Translations under genes and position numbers: made by a program
Shown here: positions 51,001 through 61,406 of the stretch, one piece after another
How positions within the stretch are numbered: the stretch's first letter is position 1
Layout: every line of letters begins with the position of its first letter
Origin: Lytechinus pictus
Taxonomy: Eukaryota
Assembly (NCBI RefSeq): GCF_037042905.1
Contig: NC_087255.1
Coordinates: 32,922,001 to 32,986,000, forward strand
DNA: 64,000 nt
Direction of reading: 5' to 3'
Notes under the pieces: generated by a model
Database searches by the model: none
What the model was told of the DNA's origin: nothing
What the model saw: the letters and a program-made list of their open reading frames with translations, nothing else

Positions 51001-54000
51001 TCACTTCCTGTTTCACCTTTCTTTGGCCATTGTCAAAAGATGAAATGTCAAGAATTTGCTTGCTTTTCAATGAATATTAATTGAATGATTAATTTGTGCA
51101 ACTTGAGCATCTATTACGAGATGGATATGGTACCTAATCAATTGCATTTATTTTTTTTTTTAAACTGAAAAAAGCCTAAAAGATATAATTGTATTGTATT
51201 GGATTCTGCCGTTTGATAGACCTTCATCCATATAATTGAGGTGGGTGCATAATTTTTATTTTTTTAATTTGGGGTGTTTTTGCCACCCCAACATCGAGAA
51301 TACCGATATTTGTTAATGTACATGTATAGTGTGGGAGCCTATGGTAGCGCTCTGGGGCCCGTTTCATGAAATGGTCTTTGGTAGAACTGCTCTCTGTAAG
51401 AACAAGATATCGCTCAACTGTTTCACAAAGTCGATACGAAGAATGGTCCTTGGAAAGACACCTCAAGACAACCCGAAAACGGATGTCATTTTAACTTCTC
51501 CGGGTCCTAATCTAGGCCAAAATAATTTTTGTAATGTTTTCTTTTATTTTCTCACATTTTCTCCCTCTTTTCCCTTTTTTCAACCAAACTTGAAATATCG
51601 AAATAGGCGGCAATCTCTCTGACCCCTCATGCTTTATCATGAGATAAACAACATGAAAAAAGAAAGAAATTATGTATGTTAAAGACATACTGTTTATAAC
51701 GTTCAGCAAAAAAAAAATAAGAAAAGGAAAAAAAAACCACGGCCTCAATACAAATCTAAGATGTTACTAAACATGCTAAATCATTTATTTATTTTCATTT
51801 CATTATCATTATTATTATTTTTGCTGAGATTAATTTGAATCAATAAAAATTGTTGGATTTGTGTTAACTTGAGATGAATGAAACAAAAAAATCTGCGGTA
51901 ACAAAATGGCTAATTGAATTTGAAATATAGATTAGGCCTATACCTCACAATCATTACAAATGAAGTTCATTGTAGGCCTACCTATTAAAGAAAAGGTTAT
52001 GGAAAGTCCATACAAAAAGGCGCATTTTAAATCAGATAGGGTAGGCCCTATGTCATGTTAAAGCAATAATGTACGTCTAGATGGTACTCTTAACTATGAA
52101 ATGTCATGAATGTTGAACATATATATTTTTTATATTCTTGAAGCTTATGTTCTTATATAAACTTCCATAGTTATCAACTTTAAATATGACCAACGTTTAG
52201 GATCATTATTGTCATTTTTAGCATTGTTTCTGTACATAGAGTATGATTTCACACATTTTTCTGTTTTATTATTGCAAAAGCCAAAGCACTACTTTACTCA
52301 CATTTGTATTTCTTGCGTTATATCTGACAAATAAAATAAAAAAATAAAAATTGATTTTTCACACGCAGCCTCTCATATTTTCCATTTTAGTCTCATATGG
52401 TAGGGGGTCCTAGAGCTACGCACCACTCATCGCGCATGCAGTTTTCAATGGCAAATGCACACTCTCTATGTGAAACTGTGACTGCAGAGTGACGAACATT
52501 TCATATTCAATTTTTTTATACAGAGGCTGCAGTTAATCTCTAAATGTAGAGAAAACCCACAACTCTTTGGAATTTTGGAGTTGCATTCACTTTAATTTCA
52601 TTTTTTTCTTTAATAATATGAAATTACTTTAGTTTTAGAGTACTTTACTTTAGTATTAGAGGCACAGGAAATATGATGGTGGACCCCAAGTCTGCGCACC
52701 TTACAATTTGAGTTAAGATTTAACATGAATTTCTTCTTATTTCACAAAATCTTTCAATTTTTTCAATTAATAATTTTTCTTACATCATTAAAAGTGTACC
52801 AAATTTCTCATTAAAAAATGAAAGAAAATGTAGTAATATGTATCATTTGCATACTTGATGCGCGATGATGTAACTGACGTCACATTGGATACGCGTTGCT
52901 ATGTGTTGTGGTTACGATATGGCGGTCCCGGCCCAGCCTACCTTGTTGCCGGTGTTGCGACTAAACTGAACAATAAACATTATATTATGATGTTGGATCA
53001 TATAAAGCTAGTACAGGATTCTTTATTGACTATAGCTTGACATGGTGGCAGCTAGATGCGGACCTGTGCTATGAGTTTGGATATTGAACTGGATCAAGTT
53101 TGGACAGTATGGAACATTGTTTGCTCCTGAGTATCGGTACGTACAGCGCAGTGTACCGTATACCGGTACCGTACGGTACGGTACGTTATGAATTTGTGCA
53201 CAAGTTGACTTATCGTCTGCGCCGAGATGATGCTGATGTGTGTGTGTACCGTAACTGATCCATGATTTTGAGTCTCGCGGAGTCGCCGGGCCGCCGTGAA
53301 TGTGATTTTGAGATGGACTGGAAATAATTCTAACGTCGTGAAGTGGACTTCCGAATGTTAATTGTGCAAGATGGATGCCGTTTATTATAGATTTCCAGTG
53401 ACTGATTTAATGAGACTTAATCAGGAGGCATGATCGATGATGACGCCGACGGTAGAATCTATAACTATATCTACGCTAATCTGGAACGATTTGCCTGGCA
53501 ACGAATTAAGTTAGGCAGAGATAGGCCTAGCCCTAGCCTATATGGAACTGATTTCATGCATTTTAAATGTTCGCCTCGATGACTGAGTGTACGCCGTAGG
53601 CTGAACAGATGGTTAAGTTCCCATGATTATGAAGCTGTGTGTGAACATTAACAAGAGCGCTAGAGCGCGAGCCCCAGCCTAGAGGCTGATCCCAAGAAAG
53701 ATGAAGATTTGGACCTATCCTGGACCTGGATCGAGTTCAAGGCCAACTTATGAACGCTATGCTGAACATGTGTTTACCCAGTGGATTTTGAGACTTCTGC
53801 AGTCTGGATGATCAGAGGGAAAGCTCATGAGAAATAAGTTGAATTGTGAACATGAACGCTAAATTGAAAACTGTGTCTGTGAACTGGAAGACTCATTTTA
53901 CTGTAGCTTGTAGGCCTATCTGTAATTTTTCCTGGAAAGTTAGACTTATTTTGCATGCAGGTCTAAATTAATTCAGTTGATTTAGAGGACTCTAAGTAAC

Positions 54001-57000
54001 TGTTTTACATCGACATGCTATAATGTTATAATATTGCACTCAATCAATGTTATTGTTGCATGGTGTAGTAGGAAAAATCGAGTCTATTGGTGTGCAAGGT
54101 TCCATTCACATATGGTGGATAAATTCAACATATTTTGTGCACACTATTATGCTGACAGTTCTGTTCACATATGCTTGCAAAAATGTTATATACGATGTAT
54201 ATGTATGCAGAGTTCCGTTCACATATGATTGCAAAATTGTGATTAATGCTGTATTGTATACAGAGAGTTCCGTTCACATATTGCTCAAATATGAATATTG
54301 TAATTGTGTACAATTGGAGTTCCGTTCACATATGATAGATATTTCTGCTTGTTTATATGCATTTTGAATATGAAATAAGTCATTATTTTTTCTCTCAGTG
54401 CATTTATTTCATGCAGAGGATTTGATCACAGGTATCATCATGGCTAGTGCATCTATTCCAAGTCCCAGAATGGACTGGTCCAACCCGGACCGTTCGCAAG
54501 CATTGCGAGAGTTTAGACAAGTTGCTGACTTGTGGTTCAAGATTAAGAAGACTCCAGCAGAGGAGCAGCACACTTATGTGATACTGTGGTCGGGGGTTGA
54601 AGGTTTGAGGATGTTCAACACTTGGAAGTTGACAGATGAGCAACTAACCGACCCCAAGAACGTTTGGGATGCATTCGCAACCCAGCTGGAACCCCAGGAG
54701 AACTTCCGGATTCATCGTCTAGAGTTCCAGAGATACAGGCAAGGATCATCAGAGACTATTGATGATTTTATTCTCCGGTGTCGCACAAAGGCAGCGAAGT
54801 GCAAGTTCAAGACTGATGACACTGTTGAGGAGAGAATCATAGAAGTATTAATCGCCGGAATTAGACACCCAGAGGTGCAGAAAGCCTTACTGAGCAAAGA
54901 TGAAAATCTCAAGTTAGATGAGGCTGCTTCATTGGCTAGGACGCATGAGGCCAGTGACTCTCATATGAGCCAGCTGAACAGCTTAGACAGAGCCTCAGTA
55001 CATGATTTGCACCAGTCCAGTTCTTGTAGGAATTGTGGTCTGCAGCACCCACCAAAGAAGTGCCCAGCGTTCAAGTCACAGTGCCATAAGTGTGGCATGA
55101 AAGGCCACTGGAAGAAACTGTGCAAGTCTTCAGGAGACGGAAGTAAACATAGGTCTCGGTCTCAGACAAGACAGGCTGGACGTGAGAAAGGAAGCTGGAA
55201 GAATCGAAGTAAGAGCAGATCTCGTAACCATGGAAAGAATCTGCATCCAATTGCCAGCAAGAATGTCGACGACGACCTACCGAGAGACTTTGAAGACATC
55301 TCCATAGAATCAATCTATGTTGGACATGTTCATGTTGATGGTGTACCCATTGATGACAGCGATGACAAAGACGAGCTTTTTGCTACTCTGAAGTTTAGCA
55401 TCAGGGATAAGCCAGGTAACCACACCTTGAGGGTTAAGGTTGACACAGGAGCACAGGGGAATGTGTTGCCTCTTCGATGCTTCAGGAAGGCTTTTCCAGA
55501 GCTTTTAGATGATGAGGGATATCCTCTTGAGTCAGCTGTCAGACTGAGACATGTCAGGTTGTATGCCTACAACGAGACACCGATACAGCAGTACGGATGT
55601 TTTGATTTTCCCTGCCAGTACAAAGATGGGAAATGGTTCAGAAACAGCTTCTTCATCGTGGATACACGTGGACCAGCTATCCTAGGATTGCAAAGTTCAG
55701 TTAAGATGCGCCTAGTTATAGTGAACTGTGAGATGCATCAGAGAAGCAGTCCAGGCATGATAAAGAGTACACAGGATCTGGTAGCTGCATACCCAGATCA
55801 GTTCCAGGGTATTGGGAGGTTCCCAGGTGAATACCACATCACTCTTGAAGAGAATGCTGAACCGGTTGTCCACCCACCAAGGAAGTTTCCTATCCATCTT
55901 CGAGACGAGTTGAAAGAGGAACTAGACAGGATGGAATCCATTGATGTCATCAAGAAAGTGTCCAAGCCTACAGATTGGGTTTCCTCGCTAGCCTTCAGCA
56001 GGAAGAGCAACGGGAAGTTACGAGTGTGCCTCGACCCAAAGGATCTCAACAAGGCATGTAAGAGGACATATCACAAAGCTCCAACACTTGAGGAAATCAC
56101 CCATAAGCTACATGGTGCTCAAGTTTTCTCAAAGCTAGATGCAAGGCATGGATATTGGAGCGTCGCCCTAGATGACGAATCGAGCTACTTGACAACCTTC
56201 AATTCACCTTTTGGAAGGTACAGATTTAAGCGTTTGCCCTTTGGCATCAGAGTAGCTCAAGACATTTTCCAAGAGAAGATGGACATGATTCTCGAGCAGT
56301 GCCCAGGCACAATTGGCATTGCTGATGATATTGTGGTCTATGGAAAGACTGAAGCAGAGCATGACAAAGCATTGCACAATCTCATGACTGTGGGACAAGA
56401 GTATGGACTAGTCTTCAATCCAGACAAATGTGATGTGAAGCTTCCACAGGTCAAGTTTTTTGGCTGTCTTTATGACAAAGAAGGTGTGCATCCTGATCCT
56501 TCAAAGATTGCTGATATTACCAGTCTTCCAACACCAAGCTCTTTGAAAGAGTTACAGCAGTTCCTTGGGATGGTACAGTACATGTCTCCATTCATCCCAA
56601 AGTTAGCAGAGAATGCAGAGACTCTGCGGGCACTGACAAGGAAAGACAGCGTATGGCAATGGACGCCATCGCATCAGAAGTCTTTTGAGCATTTGAAGTC
56701 ATTGGTATCGTCCATGTGCACCCTTACCTACTTCGACCCTTCAAAGCCCACAACAATCCAGGTAGATGCGTCTACGAGAGGACTAGGGGCAGCTTTACTG
56801 CAAGAGGGGAAGCCAGTGGCATTCGCAAGCAAGGCCTTGACAGACACAGAGAGCCGATACGCGAATATTGAGAGAGAAATGTTGGCAGTAGTGTTTGGTT
56901 GTACCAGATTTCACACCTACGTGTATGGAGCCAAATTCACTGTGGAATCGGACCACAAGCCGTTGGAGAGCATTCATCGGAAGAATTTAGCCAACGCTCC

Positions 57001-60000
57001 ACCCAGATTGCAGCGGATGCTCCTCCGTTTGCAACCGTATGACTTCAACCTCGTTTACAAGCCAGGAAGAGAAGTTGCCCTGGCAGATGGTTTGTCAAGG
57101 ATCAACCCAGAGAAGCAACCGACAATGGAATTTGACAAAACCATCCACGGAATCTACATATCTCCAAGCAAGCTAAAACAGATGCAAGATGACACAGAAG
57201 CCAACAGGAGTCTAAAGGTGCTCAAGGACATAATCCTAACTGGTTGGCCTGATGACGTAAAGAAAGTTCCCAAAGAAGTACGTCACTACTGGTCTTGCAG
57301 AGATACACTTTCGGTAGAAGATGGTCTCATCATGAAGGGAGAGAGAATCTTCATACCAGAGACGATGCAGCAAGAAGTGCTACAAAGTCTTCATGCTGGT
57401 CATCAAGGAACGACAAAGACCCAACTCAAGGCAAGAAGTTGTGTCTATTGGGATGGCTTGTCTAAAACAATTGAACAGATGGTGCAATCTTGCCAAGCAT
57501 GTAATGAGTTGCAGAAAGCTCAGCAGAAAGAGCCACTTCTTCAGCATGAAGTACCCAATTACCCATGGGAAACAGTCGGAACTGACTTGTTTCATTTCGA
57601 AGGCGATGAATATCTTGTCATCGTAGACTATTGGTCTAAGTTTCCTGTCGTGAGGAAGATCAGAGGAAGTTGTACCAGCTCAACTGTTGTCCGGATCACC
57701 AAGAACATCTTTAGTGAGCAGGGCATACCCTTGAAGATCGTTAGCGACAATGGACCACAATTCTCTAGTCGAGAATACAAGAGTTTCACAGATCAGTGGA
57801 ACATCCAGCATGTGACATCAAGTCCTCATTATCCGCAGAGCAACGGACTTGTGGAAAGGGCAATACAGACAATCAAATCAACACTCAAGAAGGTGAAGAT
57901 GACTGGAGGTGATCCTGACCTAGCCCTATTGTGTCTGAGGACAACACCAATTGACAGTAGTTTACCTTCACCAGCGGAACTACTACAAGGCAGAAAGTAT
58001 AGGAGCAATCTTCCCATGAAAATGCACTCTGACCATCAAAGTGAGATTAAGGAGAAGCTCCGACAACGCCAAGAAAGGCAAAAGGACGATTTTGACAGAA
58101 GAGGAGTTAGAGAACTACCCCCTCTGGTGCCAGATCAGAAAGTAACGGTGTTCGACCATGTTTCTGAAACATGGGCCCCGGCTACAGTAATCCAGAAGTG
58201 CCAATTAGAACCAAGATCGTACATGATTCAAACTCCAAATGGTAGTGTGCTACGTCGTAACAGAAGAGACCTGCGTAGCCTTGAAAATCCACAGAGAAAG
58301 CAAGTACGGTTCAACATCCCACAAAACTGTGCAGACAGAACACCCTCACTTCCTAAAGACTATACCCAACAGAACCCGAGTGATGATCATCATCAATCCA
58401 GTACTAATGGGTACCACACTAGGTCTGGACGATTAGTCAAGAAGCCCGATCGACTAATTGAAAATTAATGTTTTGTTTTGTTTTCCAACAGCTAACAAAT
58501 TGAAAACGTTTTAATTTATGTCTTGTTGTACATTGCCATACACCAATTAGTAAATATGATTGTTGTATGTATCTATAATAATTTGTTGGAAGTTGATCAT
58601 ACATGTTGTCTGTTATTGATGATATAATTGTATTACGAGTTATTTATAACTGGTCACTTGGATTAATTACTTTCAAAAAATTGATAAAAATAAGAGAAAT
58701 TTGGAAATGGCACAACAAAATCATATTGTTGTATCAGGAGTGTTTTACGGATACATGTACGAAAAAACATGCGTGTTACTAATTTTTGCCTTTTATGACA
58801 ATTGAAGGGTGTAATTGAGTTATGATACAATTGATACAAATAATATACATATTATTGATACATGTTGAAATGTGTATATAACAACACAGTGATAATACTA
58901 GACTGTTCTGCATGGAGTTACCCAATGGTTTTATATTCCAAAAAATGTTTTGCTCGAAGTGTTACAGTGATATTGTATGGATTCAGAAAACATTTTTTTT
59001 TTTATATATGAAAGGGGGGATGTAGTAATATGTATCATTTGCATACTTGATGCGCGATGATGTAACTGACGTCACATTGGATACGCGTTGCTATGTGTTG
59101 TGGTTACGATATGGCGGTCCCGGCCCAGCCTACCTTGTTGCCGGTGTTGCGACTAAACTGAACAATAAACATTATATTATGATGTTGGATCATATAAAGC
59201 TAGTACAGGATTCTTTATTGACTATAGCTTGACAGAAAATATAGGATTTTCTTGAAAAAACCTCAGGCAGTCATTTTCAGATTGAAAAAAAAAAGATACC
59301 CCATGTCTGCGCACGCATTCACTTTGCACACGATTCGGGGATTTTGATGAGAAAGGCTGCATTTTGAGGCCGTCACATGAAATGCCCTAAATTCATTGTT
59401 TTTCCACCATTTTGAGTCAGATTTTTTTATGAATACCTGTCTATGTATTGCATGCTTTAAGTTTGTGCTCGTTGCGTATCTTCTTTTATTAGAATCGCGC
59501 AGATATGCATGTGCGCAGACAAGGGGGACTGCGCAGACTTGGGGGAACTTGACATATACCCAGTTGTTGTGTGTCCGGACAGGTTGTGTGTCCGGACGAT
59601 CAATTTTAGAAAGTCATTTGGAAAAATTTGAAAGCGAAGTTTCATAAATTTTTAGTACAAAATGTTAGGAAATATTATAAAGAACAAAATAGAAGATGAT
59701 TACAAGTATTGAATTCATATTTTTAGTGTAATCCAAAGACAAAAAAGAAGGCTTCAAAAATATAAAGTGTACGGATACCCGATCCCCCATCCTACAATTT
59801 TTTTCGCATGACATATCGAGTGCATAGCTTTTTTAGGACCCCTTCTACATCGGGCGGCAAAATTAAGAGGTGTTCGGAAAATACGGCGGGATTTTCGTAT
59901 TTGTGAGTTTTGTGGTATTTTCTTCTTGGTTTATTATGATCTCAGACCTTAGAATGTTTGCCACAAATTAGTGAAATATAATTTGTTCAAATATTAAAAT

Positions 60001-60428
60001 TGGCACAGTTTTTATCGTTTGTAAACAAAGTGCGTAGCTTTGCCTTTGGCTTTACTTTATTTAGCCTAACTTAAGTTTAGCCTTAGGTCCTCCCCATCAT
60101 ACAATCAGACACATTGTCATTGATTTTGTTTACTCCATTCAAAGTTCATTCCCTATTTTACCTCAACAAAATAGACCAGACCTAACTGTTAATTTACTTC
60201 CCGCGAGGCGGGCCGCTCCCTGCCCCTGGCCCTGGGAGCTCTGCTCTGGCCAGGCCCAGGGTTGGGTGATGATGTCATTGATATTTGCAATCACTCATCG
60301 TCACTGACTCAGTCAAATTTTGCCTCGATTTGGGGCGGGTTTTTGTCTTACACTTACTTTAGTGAAAATACTCACCCCAAAGCGTTCCTGTTATCTTTAA
60401 TTTGTTCTTCATCCTTGCGTAGACCCAT
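38992..60428 (-). CDS. R3HDM4: R3H domain-containing protein 4 (7 exons, 283 aa)
   Basis: Exons 60376-60428, 45543-45697, 43366-43487, 42661-42850, 40478-40563, 39989-40130, 38992-39095 (852 nt, phases consistent). Motifs IWSEFMNRSGEEQDRFL, CFSRISTRLQTMLRRRHLP and R3H core SSFDRLLLHAVCQYLGL. Confidence 0.92.
39989..40130 (-). CDS. R3HDM4: R3HDM4 exon 6 (R3H motif)
   Basis: GAIELHEEELLMWF...SSFDRLLLHAVCQYLGLSSE. Confidence 0.95.
40478..40563 (-). CDS. R3HDM4: R3HDM4 exon 5
   Basis: HPAHSPKDCFSRISTRLQTMLRRRHLPK. Confidence 0.93.
40986..41640 (+). mobile_element. Internally deleted (bipartite) CR1/L2-like element: ORF1 start fused to a 3' end
   Basis: Coiled-coil-like MTRSRISAEELTKEIR...EIDSL cut by poly-T, then a 3' end with AATAAA and (CAAA)n tail; the same 3' end is on the - strand at ~8107-8235. 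Confidence 0.6.
41983..42113. mobile_element. Short MITE (further copies at ~38060-38187 and ~39810-39925)
   Basis: GGGGCCCATAACACAAAGCTTAGCAAT...ATTGCTAACCATTGTGTTACG; three related copies in the window. Confidence 0.65.
42661..42850 (-). CDS. R3HDM4: R3HDM4 exon 4
   Basis: IWSEFMNRSGEEQDRFLQ...QDKRS. Confidence 0.92.
43366..43487 (-). CDS. R3HDM4: R3HDM4 exon 3
   Basis: NFLKTLLDEDY...SAFEQLFLQEKNME. Confidence 0.9.
43708..44228 (+). mobile_element. Degraded L2-clade LINE 3' fragment
   Basis: Frameshifted KLQRIQNSAARL...HVTPIL...DRAF...APKLWNNLP; (TAT)n tail. Confidence 0.8.
45000..45505 (-). mobile_element. Probable tRNA-derived SINE
   Basis: B-box-like GGTTCAAGTCC on the - strand followed by a SINE-core-like GATGTTAAATGGAGGTCC. 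Confidence 0.4.
45543..45697 (-). CDS. R3HDM4: R3HDM4 exon 2
   Basis: LIETPV...RRKKKTGVRQARRIDN; TACAG/GTAAGT. Confidence 0.85.
45876..47003. repeat. ~152-bp tandem repeat (3 copies, third interrupted by the LINE fragment)
   Basis: CCATTTTCACGAGTAG at 45876, 46029 and 46181; the third copy resumes at ~46881. Confidence 0.85.
46215..46882 (+). mobile_element. 5'-truncated non-LTR retrotransposon fragment (RTEX/CR1-group ORF2 C-terminus)
   Basis: CSSIWDP...IEMIQRRAARFV...SVTSKLEELGW...SFFPR; GAA-type tail. Confidence 0.8.
48038..48831. mobile_element. Tc1/mariner-type MITE with long TIRs
   Basis: TA|CAGTGCGTCCCA...TGGGACGCACTG|TA; ~300-bp inverted arms; a terminal fragment of the same family lies at ~40360-40464. 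Confidence 0.85.
48922..49316. mobile_element. Probable TTAA-flanked non-autonomous DNA element
   Basis: TTAA at both flanks with imperfect AG-starting TIRs. Confidence 0.45.
49407..50458. repeat. Tandem triplication, 3 x 348 bp
   Basis: Units start at 49407, 49755 and 50103; TTTCTGCG recurs at 50451; units nearly identical. Confidence 0.95.
52829..53042 (+). repeat. 5' LTR
   Basis: TGTAGT...TTGACA, 214 bp, identical by eye to the 3' LTR, contains AATAAA. Confidence 0.97.
53043..53052 (+). other. Primer-binding site, probably tRNA-Leu
   Basis: TGGTGGCAGC immediately after the 5' LTR, complementary to the ...GCTGCCACCA 3' end of tRNA-Leu(AAG/TAG). Confidence 0.75.
54440..58468 (+). CDS. Single-ORF Gag-Pol polyprotein (1342 aa from the first ATG)
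   Basis: Gag with zinc knuckles (CRNCGLQHPPKKC; CHKCGMKGHWKKLC), protease VDTGA, RT (LPFG, IADD), RNase H (DAS, E, DH), integrase (HAGH...CQAC, DLF/SDNG/GLVE); Gypsy order PR-RT-RH-IN. Confidence 0.97.
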   Translation: MASASIPSPRMDWSNPDRSQALREFRQVADLWFKIKKTPAEEQHTYVILWSGVEGLRMFNTWKLTDEQLTDPKNVWDAFATQLEPQENFRIHRLEFQRYRQGSSETIDDFILRCRTKAAKCKFKTDDTVEERIIEVLIAGIRHPEVQKALLSKDENLKLDEAASLARTHEASDSHMSQLNSLDRASVHDLHQSSSCRNCGLQHPPKKCPAFKSQCHKCGMKGHWKKLCKSSGDGSKHRSRSQTRQAGREKGSWKNRSKSRSRNHGKNLHPIASKNVDDDLPRDFEDISIESIYVGHVHVDGVPIDDSDDKDELFATLKFSIRDKPGNHTLRVKVDTGAQGNVLPLRCFRKAFPELLDDEGYPLESAVRLRHVRLYAYNETPIQQYGCFDFPCQYKDGKWFRNSFFIVDTRGPAILGLQSSVKMRLVIVNCEMHQRSSPGMIKSTQDLVAAYPDQFQGIGRFPGEYHITLEENAEPVVHPPRKFPIHLRDELKEELDRMESIDVIKKVSKPTDWVSSLAFSRKSNGKLRVCLDPKDLNKACKRTYHKAPTLEEITHKLHGAQVFSKLDARHGYWSVALDDESSYLTTFNSPFGRYRFKRLPFGIRVAQDIFQEKMDMILEQCPGTIGIADDIVVYGKTEAEHDKALHNLMTVGQEYGLVFNPDKCDVKLPQVKFFGCLYDKEGVHPDPSKIADITSLPTPSSLKELQQFLGMVQYMSPFIPKLAENAETLRALTRKDSVWQWTPSHQKSFEHLKSLVSSMCTLTYFDPSKPTTIQVDASTRGLGAALLQEGKPVAFASKALTDTESRYANIEREMLAVVFGCTRFHTYVYGAKFTVESDHKPLESIHRKNLANAPPRLQRMLLRLQPYDFNLVYKPGREVALADGLSRINPEKQPTMEFDKTIHGIYISPSKLKQMQDDTEANRSLKVLKDIILTGWPDDVKKVPKEVRHYWSCRDTLSVEDGLIMKGERIFIPETMQQEVLQSLHAGHQGTTKTQLKARSCVYWDGLSKTIEQMVQSCQACNELQKAQQKEPLLQHEVPNYPWETVGTDLFHFEGDEYLVIVDYWSKFPVVRKIRGSCTSSTVVRITKNIFSEQGIPLKIVSDNGPQFSSREYKSFTDQWNIQHVTSSPHYPQSNGLVERAIQTIKSTLKKVKMTGGDPDLALLCLRTTPIDSSLPSPAELLQGRKYRSNLPMKMHSDHQSEIKEKLRQRQERQKDDFDRRGVRELPPLVPDQKVTVFDHVSETWAPATVIQKCQLEPRSYMIQTPNGSVLRRNRRDLRSLENPQRKQVRFNIPQNCADRTPSLPKDYTQQNPSDDHHQSSTNGYHTRSGRLVKKPDRLIEN
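59021..59234 (+). repeat. 3' LTR
   Basis: Preceded by polypurine tract GAAAGGGGGGA (59010-59020). Confidence 0.97.
60376..60428 (-). CDS. R3HDM4: R3HDM4 exon 1
   Basis: MGLRKDEEQIKDNRNAL, GTGAGT donor in phase 2 matching exon 2, CpG-rich promoter upstream. Confidence 0.72.
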
Positions 60429-60429
60429 A

Positions 60430-60700
60430 TTCTCGTTGCGGTTGACGTTCTGTGATTTCTGTCTGTAAAATATTGCGGTAACTCGTTAGCGCAAAATGCC
60501 GGTTGTATTGTTTACATATTATCTACAGCCGGTTCGCAATTCGATCGGCGCATAACGCAATACGTAAACGGGCCGGACGGACAGCCGATCGGTCTCGATT
60601 ATATGCCGTGTGTTCGACGTACATGGCCGAATGGTCTCGGCCGGGCGACAGGCCGGCCGGCGCGAGACATAGTCTGCAGGCACAGACCCGATTGAAAATT
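60430..60700 (-). promoter_or_regulatory. R3HDM4 CpG-rich promoter/5'UTR
   Basis: Dense CpG cluster directly upstream of the predicted ATG. Confidence 0.55.
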
Positions 60701-60818
60701 TTGATCAAAACCTGTGTGTCTCCACGGTGTCTCACCACGCAAAGACTAGCACATACAAAACTTAATTGCCGTTTCAGAGGGCCTTCAGTACACAAGGCAT
60801 GAGTAGGCTGCACATTAA

Positions 60819-61406
60819 AGGACAAGTCCACCCCAACAAAAAGCTGATTTGAATATCAAACATGAATAACGCTGAAAACTTCATCAAAATCGGATGTAAA
60901 ATAAGAAAGTTATGACATTTTAAAGTTCCGCTTATTTTTCACAAAATAGTTATGCTCAACTCAGTGATATGCAAATGAGAGAGTCGATGAAGTCACTCAC
61001 TCACTATTTCTTTTGTTTTTATTGTTTGAATTATACAATATTTCAATTTTTACGAATTAGACAATTAGGACCCCCTTGCTTGAACCACAGAATGTTAAAA
61101 TAATGGAATTCCATGTGTTCAGGGAGGAATTAAACTTTGTTTCACATGACAGTGACGAGAAAATCAAAATATTTCATATTTCATATTATAAAATACAAAA
61201 GAAATAGTGAGTGGGTGATGTCATCGGTTCCCTCATTTGCATACCGAACAGGGTGTGCATATAACTGTTTTGTGAAATTAAGCGAAACTTTAAAATGTCA
61301 TAACTTTCTTATTTTACATCCGATTTTGATGAAATTTTCAGTGTTATGCTTGTTTGATTTTTCTCTTTCTATTCAAATCAGCTTTTTGTTGGGGTGGACT
61401 TGTCCT
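60819..61406. mobile_element. TTAA-flanked MITE (Kolobok/piggyBac-type target)
   Basis: TTAA|AGGACAAGTCCACCCCAACAAAAAGC...GCTTTTTGTTGGGGTGGACTTGTCCT|TTAA, long TIRs. Confidence 0.88.

Larger units (their letters stand above)
52829..59234 (+). mobile_element. Full-length Ty3/Gypsy LTR retrotransposon (Mag/SURL-like), antisense in R3HDM4 intron 1
   Basis: Identical 214-bp TG...CA LTRs, 5-bp TSD GAAAA (52824-52828 and 59235-59239), PBS, PPT and an intact gag-pol ORF. Confidence 0.98.
52684..59544. mobile_element. Second copy of the same MITE, split by the Gypsy insertion
   Basis: CCCCAAGTCTGCGCA...TGCGCAGACTTGGGG; the halves join across the GAAAA TSD. Confidence 0.82.

Noticed and set aside
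52855-53040. Identical 61-aa ORFs here and at 59047-59232
   Set aside because: Incidental frame within the two LTRs.
54404-58017. Short antisense ORFs within gag-pol
   Set aside because: Under 90 aa, no motifs, expected shadow ORFs.
60503-60831. Overlapping ~100-aa ORFs upstream of R3HDM4
   Set aside because: By-products of the GC-rich promoter, with no recognisable protein features.
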